This document shows positions 50,355 to 61,313 of a DNA stretch of 64,000 nt, piece by piece. Location: the NCBI RefSeq assembly GCF_000143415.4, contig NW_003314287.1:1750951-1814950 (forward strand), written 5' to 3'. Position 1 is the stretch's first letter; the number at the start of each line of letters is the position of its first letter. Source of the stretch: Selaginella moellendorffii (lineage: Eukaryota > Plantae > Lycopodiophyta). The notes below the pieces were generated by a model. It was not told the DNA's origin and made no database searches. It saw only the letters and a program-made list of their open reading frames with translations. Position numbers and translations under genes: made by a program.

Positions 50355-51254
50355 TCTCTGATTTTATTTTTGTTTTATATGTGTGAGTGCATAGAATACT
50401 GAAATGTATATATTTGATTATCCTAAATTTATATATAGGAGCTAGTGATTTGATTAAAACCAATCTAACAGTTATTAAAATTCTATTATATTAATAATAG
50501 TATAATAATTCCACATTTCGACCTCATATCATTCTTTCTTTTTAGAAGAATCGAAAGTAAAGTTTTTTTGTTAATGGGTGGAACATAAGATCAGTGGATC
50601 TAGTGCAACTTGTTTCTGATCATTTTGTATAAAGTAATTTCTAAAGGATCATTATTGTGAATCATAATTTCTAAAAACTCATTGTTATGAATGTGATTTT
50701 GAGTATTGAAAGATATTTATCAACAAATCCTTTTGAACACTCTCTCTTTACTATCATGATAGTAAAAAATTGGCTCAATTTAATTCCTTTATTAACCTTT
50801 TTTATGCTAGTAGAGTTAATTGGACATCTCAAATTTAGTTAGACTAGATGAGCATAAGGATGGAATTCTTAAATATTATTAGTTAAGCATATTTAACCTA
50901 ATAAAGAATTTTCATCTCATTATATCTTACACTAACTAATGACAAAACCTTCACAATATTAAATCTAGTCCCTCAATATTGCTATGTGATAATTTAATAT
51001 GTCCACTAAACACTTTACTATCATGCCTTATATATTAATCCTATTTTAGTTTATGTGGTATTTATAGTAAGTGTTTAGATATGCTAATGATGCATATCTA
51101 TAAAATATAAAGAGTGTAATGAACACTGTAGTGTTGTTCTTATGTCCCAATTCAACAGCAACATGTATATCTACAAACACATTGATTATAAAGTATAAAT
51201 AGATTCATAAGCTTAACAATTTAGTGTTATTCCATATTTAATAAATTTTTAAGC

Positions 51255-52450
51255 ATGTCCCAAAGATTAACTCTTGGGACTAGAGTGAAAGCCCAAAGCA
51301 TGCCCAAAGGGTTAAAATATTGGTCCATTAAAATTATGTTAGACATCATCTGATATTGTTTTATATATAGATGTTGGGTATAAAGAGCTGGTAATTATAA
51401 GGCATTTAAGTGCATATCATTTCATAGTGGAGTTTACTTCCAAATTCAAGTGCACTATATTTAGGATCAAATGAATTGTCTTAGTAATTCATATTTAACT
51501 TTTGTCAGAGTTTTTGACTTTAGTTGTATATGTAGAAACTTTTCTAGTAAATTTGAAATGATATATGTAAGATTAGTTGGATTGCACCATTCAGTAAAAA
51601 TGTTATATGTATATTTGGTTATTGATAGAAGCATGTATGCAGTTGATGAGATGGCAAAATGAAACTATGCTAATGATGTTCAGAATTTTTAAACGAGTGA
51701 ATCAAGAGGAAGAAACTTCTATTGGAGATATTACAAAAAAAACTAAGATTGAGTCAAAAGAGGAAGAGTTTGGGCACGATGCTATACTGTAGTATACAAT
51801 TCAAAATATTGAGTTTGATAATTTGCAAAAGAAAATTCACAAATTAAAGAAGAAGAACAAAAAGAGGAAGAGAGAAGCAAAAACAACTAAAGTAGTTACA
51901 TGCAAAAAACCAAATTCCTTTTCAAATTTTGAAAATGAGTTTTAAAGTTTAAGCCCTCAAAACCACTCAATTTTATAAGCATATCTGACAATCAAGTTTT
52001 AGAAGACTTGGTCTACAATATGGAAAACCATTTTATAATAGCAAACATAAATAATTGTAAGAGATTACTTACATGCAATCCTTTTTTATCGATCATACCA
52101 AAACTTAGTGGTGTGCACTATAAAAGGGTAGGCTTTTTATGTCGATCATCATTTAGATTCAATATATGCAAATAAAGCTTATGAGATTCATTAAGGAATT
52201 AGTGCTTGCATTAATTATGAGAAAAGTTTGAAGATAATAACTCATCTCCTCTTCTTCCTCATATTCTAAATTAACTAATTCATCAACCCCTTCAGTTTCA
52301 CCACCACTGTCTTCCCTCATGACATTAATACAATATCTCATCTTATGCTTGTTAGGATATTTTAAATACCTATATCCTACCTCTTTATAATGGAAGCAAT
52401 AATGCATATTACCTATTTTGCTAAGAGCAAGTTTTGCAGGTTATTGCTAC
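51255..52450. mobile_element. Highly degenerate retroelement remnant in an AT-rich tract
   Basis: GTGAAAGCCCAAAGC motif shared with family A LTRs (~51285). A decayed zinc-knuckle-like stretch (YCFHYKEVGY..LKYP) followed by an acidic spacer lies on the minus strand at 52159-52407. Confidence 0.4.
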
Positions 52451-53290
52451 TTGTACCCATTAGAAGGAATAGACGGCCTAAAATAGTGGCAATCACCGTG
52501 AAATGATAAAACTAATAGTATATATAATCCTTAAGCTTCTCATGGAAGAAATTTAGTTGGATGCAAAGATTGGTAACAAGAGTAAGAAGAGTTACACTAT
52601 GTGTTGTGAATATCACAATTAACTATATTTAATTGTTTAGTTGTAACCACATAGCATTGAGTAAATTCACTAATTGTTACTCAAAAGTCAAACAAAAAAA
52701 GAGTATATTACTTTGCCATGAAGATGAAAAAAAGAAGAAAAAAAACATAAGAGCATACATAGAAAAAGTACAAAAATAAAAGAGATAATGCAAAAGCTAA
52801 ATCTAAACCAAAAGCATAAATCCAAATGCTCCTTATAGACAATCAAAGTTACCTTTCAATTTCATATATAAAAATATGTATAGTCGATTAACTTAAAAAC
52901 CCTTGTTTATATACAAAAATAAATTTAAACCACTTTGATGGCTATCAAAATCCCACTATGTTAATTATAGCATTGTATTAATACACTTGGACCTCATAAA
53001 CAAGAATTTTAATATGCATAGTAAAATCTACATGAAGTCATAAATATACAACACAAAATCATAAGTGATGACCAATTGAACACTAACCATGCACTACCCT
53101 TCTTGCCTTAGGTAATATGAATATTTTACATCATACATAAATTTGGAATGTTTTTTTTTATGAAATCACTATCTTAAGTTTCATAATTGAAAATATTATT
53201 GTATGCAAGAGATATGTGAGCCCTAATTCAAATGCTTTTATTTCAATTATTTTAAATTTTATTTTATCTTGTTTGTCATTTCCTGTAAAT

Positions 53291-53737
53291 TTAACAAACA
53301 GTAAATAATATTAATGAAATATTTGTATATGAAATTGTCTCTAGAAGACCTTCCCTTTCATGCTCCACTCTTAATTCCATGGAGGCATCATCTAGTGAAA
53401 TTACACCTCCCTGGTCATAATATGCAAGACATGTATCCCATATATCAGTAGCAGCTTCTAAAAAGTCAGAATATGATAGTTCGTGATAATGTCTAATTCG
53501 AAAGAAGCAACCTAAAGTTCCAACTTGAGCAGTATATATCCCTGGTGTAAATGGATTAGATTCAAAATTATTCCATACAGATGATAAACACCTGCAAAAA
53601 TCATTAGGATTGGTTCCTATTTGAAATGATCGAATGCAACTTTGTACAGAACCAGCTGAGTAGGAGTGGGTTTGTTTACAATAACTAAAAATGAGCATAC
53701 CAATAAATAAAAAACTAAAAGATTGCAGAAAATCCAT
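53291..53737 (-). CDS. Small secreted cysteine-rich protein of unknown family (148 aa), copy 4
   Basis: ATG 53737 (MDFLQSFSFLFIGMLIFSYCKQTHS-YS). Same conserved motifs and six mature Cys; TATAAA at 53774-53779 (minus). Confidence 0.85.
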   Translation of the reverse strand: MDFLQSFSFLFIGMLIFSYCKQTHSYSAGSVQSCIRSFQIGTNPNDFCRCLSSVWNNFESNPFTPGIYTAQVGTLGCFFRIRHYHELSYSDFLEAATDIWDTCLAYYDQGGVISLDDASMELRVEHEREGLLETISYTNISLILFTVC

Positions 53738-54890
53738 TTTACTAATTGATAATTTTAAGCGAATGATTATAGGTTTATAAAATCCACCAATCAAACAAAG
53801 TTGTTGATAAAATTTTGTTTTTAACATAATAATAATTGCTATGGAGTTCAAAGAAATTAGTGTTTTTTATTTAGTGCTAGTATATCCTAGGATATTCTTC
53901 AAACTAATGGCTTTATACTGAACTTTTATAATTTTCTTTAGTAAATTTTTACCGTATGTTATGATTGTAGGCAGAAATCATTATGTGAGTTAATGAAAAA
54001 CTTAAGAAACTAAAAATTTGATTCAGACATTAACTTTTTCCTATACTTCCACACCATCACTTTCCATAGGCAAGGTGAGCTTAAGAGACTCTTATCTTTT
54101 CTTCTTGGTTTTCCTATGCTACTAGAATACTCAAAAAAGCTTCAAGAGTAGCATGTGAAATTTCTCATTTGCATCTTGTTAAATAGCTTTAGAACAAGTT
54201 CTTAGGTTAACAGTGGGCTATACAGAGTTATATGGAGAATTTCTTGAACCATCCTTAATCTCTTGCATTTTACATTGACCATAAAAATATAACTCTTATT
54301 AGCTGCTGCAATAAGAAGCAATATTGATCACTAAAATTTTGTTTTTTTTCTCTCATTTGCTTTGCCATTTTGATTTTTGATGTAACCTTTGATTAGAAAA
54401 TTCAAAGGGAAATTGATTTATGTTATCCTATGAATTCTTTTGTCACAAGCTATATATTGTGTCTTAACCAAATGCTTTTCTAAAGGTTTATGAAAGTATG
54501 ATAGTTTACTTGTATATTTAATCATAAAGTGAAATTTGAATATGAGCCAATCTACTAACGCCATGTACCTCACCACTTAAGAGGCTCTTACCCTGGGCAG
54601 TGCAATAGTTCATGGGTCTTTAACACTCTATGGTGGATGTCTTTGATGATCACCTTGTGTTTCATGGCTAATGCTTATGGCCTTTAATGTTTATGTATCA
54701 TGAAACAAACATAATTATGTTCATGTTGAAATGATAATGGAAAATATGGATCTTGTACAGGTAACTTGGTAAGCAAAGTGTGGGATTTAGTTGAATCGGC
54801 CAGCTAAGGTAAGCTTCACGTTTGTATGTTCATATTAAAATGTGAAGACGTGCCATTATTTCAGCACGCAAGATAAAAAAGGTGCGGACA

Positions 54891-56315
54891 ATGCCAGTCA
54901 TGGATTGTTGTTTGGGTCGGAAGAAAGACGGTATGGAGCTGCGCGTACTTCTTCTTGTCCTGGTAAGCTATGGCATCCACGCTCTCTCGGAACACCACCC
55001 AGGATATAGATTAGAGCTCAAGCAAGTAGACTCCTACGCTTCCGGCACGCTGACCAGAGCAAAGAGGCTCGAGAAGGCGCTCAAGACGAGTAAATCCCGA
55101 GCAAACTTCTTCTCGGATCGAAGGAAAACATCGAATAGTCCTACCAAATCAAACAACACTCGCGACCGCCACTCGCCGGAGCTGTCGAGCTCCATCTATC
55201 AGGCTGGCGGGGGAGAAGGCGAGTATATGATGGAGCTGAGCATTGGAACTCCTCCACAGCTGATCCCGGCCATGATCGACACAGGGAGTGATCTCGTTTG
55301 GCTCAAGTGTGATAATTGCGATCACTGCGACTTGGATCATCACGGCGAGACCATTTTTTTCTCCGATGCTTCCAGTTCATACAAGAAGCTCCCGTGCAAT
55401 AGCACGCACTGCAGTGGCATGTCCTCGGCTGGGATTGGTCCTCGCTGCGAGGAAACTTGCAAATACAAGTATGAGTACGGTGACGGTTCCAGGACTTCCG
55501 GAGATGTTGGCTCCGACAGGATCAGCTTCCGAAGCCATGGAGCCGGAGAGGATCACAGGAGTTTCTTTGATGGTTTCTTGTTTGGCTGTGGACGGAAGCT
55601 AAAAGGTGACTGGAACTTCACCCAGGGATTGATTGGTTTGGGACAAAAATCGCACTCGTTGATCCAGCAGCTCGGGGATAAACTTGGCTACAAATTCTCG
55701 TATTGTCTCGTGAGCTATGACAGCCCTCCAAGTGCAAAGAGCTTTCTCTTTCTGGGATCTTCCGCGGCTTTGAGAGGCCATGATGTTGTTTCCACCCCGA
55801 TTCTTCACGGTGATCACCTGGATCAAACCCTCTACTACGTAGATCTCCAAAGTATCACGGTCGGTGGCGTTCCAGTGGTGGTCTATGATAAAGAATCAGG
55901 TCACAACACTAGCGTTGGACCTTTTCTAGCGAACAAGACTGTTATTGACTCCGGAACCACGTACACCTTGCTAACTCCCCCGGTTTACGAAGCCATGAGG
56001 AAATCAATCGAGGAACAAGTGATACTTCCCACACTCGGCAATTCGGCGGGCCTTGATCTTTGCTTCAACAGTTCTGGGGACACGAGCTATGGCTTCCCAA
56101 GCGTCACCTTTTACTTCGCAAACCAGGTCCAGCTCGTTCTTCCATTCGAGAACATCTTCCAGGTGACGAGCAGAGATGTAGTGTGCTTGAGCATGGATTC
56201 TTCCGGTGGTGATCTTTCCATCATTGGAAACATGCAACAGCAAAACTTCCACATTCTCTATGATCTCGTTGCCTCTCAGATCTCCTTCCAGAGAGTTGAG
56301 TGTGAAAACCTCTAA
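54891..56315 (+). CDS. Secreted A1 aspartic protease, nepenthesin/CDR1-like (intronless; start could be 54933)
   Basis: Signal peptide, GEY.MELSIGTP, catalytic DTGS and DSGT, Cys-rich nepenthesin insert, IIGNMQQQNFHILYD. Confidence 0.95.
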   Translation: MPVMDCCLGRKKDGMELRVLLLVLVSYGIHALSEHHPGYRLELKQVDSYASGTLTRAKRLEKALKTSKSRANFFSDRRKTSNSPTKSNNTRDRHSPELSSSIYQAGGGEGEYMMELSIGTPPQLIPAMIDTGSDLVWLKCDNCDHCDLDHHGETIFFSDASSSYKKLPCNSTHCSGMSSAGIGPRCEETCKYKYEYGDGSRTSGDVGSDRISFRSHGAGEDHRSFFDGFLFGCGRKLKGDWNFTQGLIGLGQKSHSLIQQLGDKLGYKFSYCLVSYDSPPSAKSFLFLGSSAALRGHDVVSTPILHGDHLDQTLYYVDLQSITVGGVPVVVYDKESGHNTSVGPFLANKTVIDSGTTYTLLTPPVYEAMRKSIEEQVILPTLGNSAGLDLCFNSSGDTSYGFPSVTFYFANQVQLVLPFENIFQVTSRDVVCLSMDSSGGDLSIIGNMQQQNFHILYDLVASQISFQRVECENL

Positions 56316-56360
56316 CAAGTATGATCAACTAAAGATATTTTTGATTCAAAAGTGTAGGCA

Positions 56361-58232
56361 ATGCATCTTCAATTTGGGAGAGACCTTGTTTCTTGGAATA
56401 TGCTGCTCTCTACTCAGGCAAAGGCTGGAAATATAAAACAATGTAGGATTATATTTGATAAGATGCCACTGCACGATATCGTGTCGTGGACTACGATGCT
56501 CAGCGCATTTGCCAAGAGTGGGCATTTTGTAGAATCAAAGGACTTTTTTGAGATGATGCCTTGTTGGAGCCTGGCATCCTACAATTCCATGCTTGCTCTT
56601 GGAGACTTGCATGAAGTTAAAGATTTTTTAAAATCAATGCCACAAAGGAATCTCATCTCTTATAACGCATTACTTCACAAATGCTCCCAGTGTGGTAACG
56701 CAAACCAAGCAAAATCTCTTCTAGATGCCATGCCCGAAAGAGATTCCGTGTCATGGACATCCATGATGACAGCATATGCTCGTACAGGGCAAATGTCCAG
56801 GGCTGAAGAAACGTTCGCTGCAATGCCGGAGAAGAATCTTGTGTCATGGAATGCTATACTATCTCAATATGCCCAAGGTGGGCATATTCGGGATATGGAG
56901 CGCATTTTCGAGGAGATGCCGGCTAGGAATATCATTTCCTGGAACACAGTTGTGGGTGCGTATTCTCAACACGATATAGAGAAAGGCGCAATGTTTTTTC
57001 AGCATATGCCTTATAGAAATGTGGTATCTTGGAACTCAATGCTTTCGGGATATGCCCACAATGGGCATATCCACCAAGCCGTTCGCTTCTTTGAGTGTAT
57101 ACCCGAACTAGACATTGTGTCGGTGACAATATTCCTTCCCGTGTGTGGGAATATTCCGCAGGCTCACTCCTTGTTTGAAAAGATCCCCGAGCACAACCTT
57201 CCATTGTGCTGCGCGATGCTCTCGGCATATTCCCATTTTGGGCGATTGGACGGAGTGTGGTCATTTTTTTCATCGTTGCCATGGCGAAACCTGGCCTGCT
57301 GGAATGCCGTACTGTCTAGCCACATAAGAAATGGATGCCCGTACGAAACTATGGAGATTTTTACCACCCAAATGCCAGAACATGATAGTTCATCATCAAC
57401 TTCAGTGATGTTAGCACATATCCAAACTGGAAACATCGAAAACGCAAAGTTTGTATTTGACACAATGCCTGAGAGAACACCAGCTGCTTGGAATGCTATG
57501 ATAGAAGCATTCTTTTCAATTGGGGATATTTCCTCCGCTACAAAGATGTTTTCCTCAATGCCGCACAGGAGCCCAAGCAGCTGGAACACAATGCTATCTG
57601 CTTATGCCCAAGCCGGGCATATTGATATTGCTAAAGGGATTTTTGCGTCAACTCCACAACGCAATGTTGTTTCATGGACTTCAATGATAGCTGCAAATGC
57701 CCAAGTCGGGGATCTTGTCGAAGTGAGAAAACTGTTCGAGTCAATGCCAGAAGGGGATCCAGTAGCATGGAGCTCTATTCTTTCGGCATATGCCCAGAGA
57801 GGGGAATCTTTAGCAACCATTGCCACCTTCACAGATATGAAACTTTTCTACATGCCAGATAAAAATTGTTTCTTGGCAGCTTTGCTCGCTTGCACCCACG
57901 AAGGTAGAGTCGAGTCCGCGAAAGAATACGTTGTTGGCATGGCTGTGGACTTTGGCGTGGATCCAGCGATGGAGCACTACTGCTGCCTTGTTGATGTCTT
58001 GGCTAGAGCTGGACAGCTTGGGAGCGCGCTGGAGCTTGCCGCGAGCATGCCTTTCGAGGCTGGAGCTTGGCAGTGGAGAAAGCTACTGGCAGCTTGTAGA
58101 AGCTTTGGCGATGTCGGCTATGGCATTCAAGCAGCCAAGTACTTTCTTTCGTCTAGGCCGCGAGACTCAACAGCTTATGTGTTTCTTTCGAGCCTTGTGA
58201 ACGATCCAATTCAGTCCAAGGTTTCGATCTGA
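56361..58232 (+). CDS. PLS-class PPR protein with E domain (623 aa), possibly 5'-truncated
   Basis: S-type repeats (RN.VSWN.ML), HYCCLVDVLARAG, WRKLLAAC, AYVFLS. Confidence 0.9.
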   Translation: MHLQFGRDLVSWNMLLSTQAKAGNIKQCRIIFDKMPLHDIVSWTTMLSAFAKSGHFVESKDFFEMMPCWSLASYNSMLALGDLHEVKDFLKSMPQRNLISYNALLHKCSQCGNANQAKSLLDAMPERDSVSWTSMMTAYARTGQMSRAEETFAAMPEKNLVSWNAILSQYAQGGHIRDMERIFEEMPARNIISWNTVVGAYSQHDIEKGAMFFQHMPYRNVVSWNSMLSGYAHNGHIHQAVRFFECIPELDIVSVTIFLPVCGNIPQAHSLFEKIPEHNLPLCCAMLSAYSHFGRLDGVWSFFSSLPWRNLACWNAVLSSHIRNGCPYETMEIFTTQMPEHDSSSSTSVMLAHIQTGNIENAKFVFDTMPERTPAAWNAMIEAFFSIGDISSATKMFSSMPHRSPSSWNTMLSAYAQAGHIDIAKGIFASTPQRNVVSWTSMIAANAQVGDLVEVRKLFESMPEGDPVAWSSILSAYAQRGESLATIATFTDMKLFYMPDKNCFLAALLACTHEGRVESAKEYVVGMAVDFGVDPAMEHYCCLVDVLARAGQLGSALELAASMPFEAGAWQWRKLLAACRSFGDVGYGIQAAKYFLSSRPRDSTAYVFLSSLVNDPIQSKVSI

Positions 58233-58357
58233 TGCAACAATCTTCTCAGCTGGAAACACTCCTCAATTCTTTCAGTTTGTTAAGACAAAAGGAAATAAGA
58301 AACACTGGATAGCTTGGACCTTACTGATCTCCGAGAACGAGATCTTCCACCTCTCTC

Positions 58358-59830
58358 TTACGAAGGAAGGTGGCGGCTGAGCAATCCCTCAAATGACATG
58401 TACAGGTCTTTATTTCCCGGTCCAAATATGTTATCTGCCTTTCGCAATGTTTCCTGCGAAGCACTAGCGCGTTAAGAAACGCAGAAGCGTGATTTTGGAG
58501 AAGTTTTACCTCTCGTGTCTGCCTGTGAGCATTTAGCTCTTTAATGTTAGCAAGGAAAGCGCTGAACTGTTCATATGACAGTCGGTTCCTGGGGAGCACG
58601 CGTTTGAGACTCTGAACATCGGATTAACAACAATAAACACAAACCTGGCCTGGCGGAAAAACTCTTTCCCATCAACCTTCGGAGTGCGAACTACAAAAGC
58701 ATTTGAATGTTAGTAACAGCCAGCGAGAATCGTGTGAGCATAATACCTGGTAGAGCACCAACATGTGGAGGAGAACTCGGAGCTGTCGTGGCTTGACTAG
58801 CAGGAAGAGAGAGTGAAAATGAGCTCCGAATCCCATTCGAAGGATGATGCCTTCTGGGAGAAGTAGCCGTCGACTGTCTTCTGGGAGAGCCAGTGGGAGT
58901 AAGTTTTGGAGTAAGACTTGGTGTCATCGAAAGCAACTTCTGCTTGGAACCTGCTGTTACCAAAAAAGCAACTTAGTAAAAAACAAGCTGTAAAGAATGA
59001 AAATCTTTGCTACCATCTTCGGGATCCTCTACAATAGCGTTTGAGGCTTCTACTAGTTGCGCCCTTGTAAATGGTCGACCATCTGGAAGAAAGAAAAGTT
59101 GCACTATCATCCCGTACGAATGGTAGCGTAAAAAAGTAACAATTCACAATCGGTTTACCATGGGACGGAAGTGCATGAGAACTCATGTTAGATCGGAGGA
59201 GATGCTTGTCTCCATTCTCTAACTGCACCACACAATTTAAGTAGCTCGATCGGTCAAGCATAACGAGGAACATTTGAAAAACTTACAGTGGAAGAATTTT
59301 CATCCTCTTCTTGGAGAGATTGCATCAGTGTGCGTTTGAAAGTCTCCAGCTACGTAAGAAAAGCAAGAAATCAAGGCTATAAAGAGGGAAAAAGAAAGAG
59401 TTAAGTACCTTAGCAACGTCACGATTCAGCTTCTTAACAGTCGCCATAAGTGCGTTCTTCTCGTTTGCCATTTTGGCCTGGAAAAAGTAATATTTTTTTG
59501 AGAGGTCGCAATTGCCAATGCACTGTGAAAAAGAAATTCCCAAACCTGTTCTTCCAACGCATGGCCGAGGCGAGCGTTTGCCTCTTGCAAGGATCGCTCG
59601 GCTTCCACAAGCCGCTCCTGGAGCTCATAGATCGTTCTTTCCCTCTCCAAAATCTTCTGAGAAGCCTTCTTCTCCTCTGCCTCTAGCTTCCCTACTCTAG
59701 CTACAATTGCCATGGCAGTGATCCGCCTCGCCACATCCAGCTGCTCGTACGGATCGTCCGGGAGCACCGAGCATATCGATTCCGGGAGATCAAAATCCGC
59801 ATTCCCCATTTTTGACTGGCCAACGATCAT
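58358..59830 (-). CDS. At4g15545/NAIP-like coiled-coil protein, multi-exon
   Basis: LPDDPYEQLDVARRITAMA, ALMATVKKLNRDVAKLE.FKRTL, VDGKEFFRQARNRLSYEQFSAFLANIKELNAH. Confidence 0.9.
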
Positions 59831-60371
59831 CCTCCAGCTAAAAAACCCTCACACCGAGAACTCGCGAGACGCACCTGATATCATCCTCCAAGATTTGCGC
59901 GCTGCTGCTGGGGCGATCGGGGGCACAGCGAGGAGCGAAAGAATCGAAAGCGCGAAAAGGAGCGCCTAGATCAAACCCGAGCTCAAGAGCCCTAGCAATG
60001 CAGGGAGGACGATGGCCAGCCGTCCGATAGGCATATCGGACGGCACTATAAAGGCGGGGATTACGCTCAAAAGCGCATGAGCCGTCCGATAGGAAATGGA
60101 TGGTTCGAGATGGCCGCATTAAATTCTAGTGGTGGAGCGGTGTCGTAATGTGGACCGTTGGATGGAATCCAGAATTTCCCGCCTTGCCTGCCCTTTCAAT
60201 CTCCAGAGATTAGGGTTTTTGGTATTGTGCGCTCTCTCCCTCTCTCGCGGCCGCGGCGCGGCGGTGGACTGATGGTGCGGCGTGGGGCTTCGCGAATCTT
60301 GATCCAAGCTGCTACGTTTGATGCTGTATGGGAGGCAAAATTTGAGTGTAGTTCTCTTTGCGGCGGAAATC

Positions 60372-61313
60372 ATGCCAGAGCTTATCACAATCCAACCCAG
60401 TGAATTGGTTTTTCGATGTAAGTGGCTCCAATCTCACTTGCAGCTTCGAATTGACTAGTTTTTCTATTTTTTTCTTTTGTCTCCTCCTTTCAGTTGAGTT
60501 GAAAAAGCAGCTTTCATGCTCAATTCGGCTCAACAATGTGAGCGACGAATTTGTGGCGTTTAAGGTCTTTCTATCTTTTTATTCTTGAGTTTAAAACCAC
60601 CGCATCGAACTTGGATAGAATTTGTGACAGGTAAAAACCACTGCTCCAAAAAGGTATTGCGTGCGTCCGAATGCTGGAGTCATACAGCCTCGGGGTACCT
60701 GCGATGTTGCCTGTAAGAAGCTAAGCTATGGTTTTTTTTTTTTCTATAGGTTGGTAAAAGTTTTGGTCTCTTGGTTTTGATACTCCAGTCACTATGCAAG
60801 CTCAACGAGAAGCTCCGGCGGATTTTCAATGCAAGGACAAGTTTATGATACTAAGTGTTGTCGCAACAGAGCAAACAACAGTAGACGACATCCAGTCGAA
60901 AATGGTATTGGCATTCAATTTCTCATTCGTGCTAAAAGGTTCTCTACAGTTTACCAAAGAAGATAGCCAAGGCATCTGCGATATCAAGTTAAAGGTGGTG
61001 TATCTTCCTGGTGATTCTGCTCCATCTCCCGCGGCTTCGAAAGAGCCATTAGCAGGGAAACAAGCGCAACAGGATCAGGTATTTCTTTTCCAAGTTTCTC
61101 GGATTGTAAAGTTTGTTATATGTTTATTCTTTCTAGAGAAAATTGGATCCAAGAAGCCCTGCAAGCAAAGGATCAACAAGTGGTCGCACTTCGAGTGCAC
61201 TGAGCTCGTCCAGAGTGCGCTTGTCGATCGTTTTGTTGATTACCGTGGCTTTAATAGGTGTTTTGGTCGCGTACGCTATGAACAACAACAACAACAACTA
61301 TTACAACTTTTAG
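60372..61313 (+). CDS. VAP27: VAP27 / vesicle-associated protein (MSP domain + C-terminal TM helix), multi-exon
   Basis: VAFKVKTTAPKRYCVRPN, MQAQREAPADFQCKDKF. The last exon encodes TM helix LSIVLLITVALIGVLVAYAM, then TAG at 61311-61313. Confidence 0.9.
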
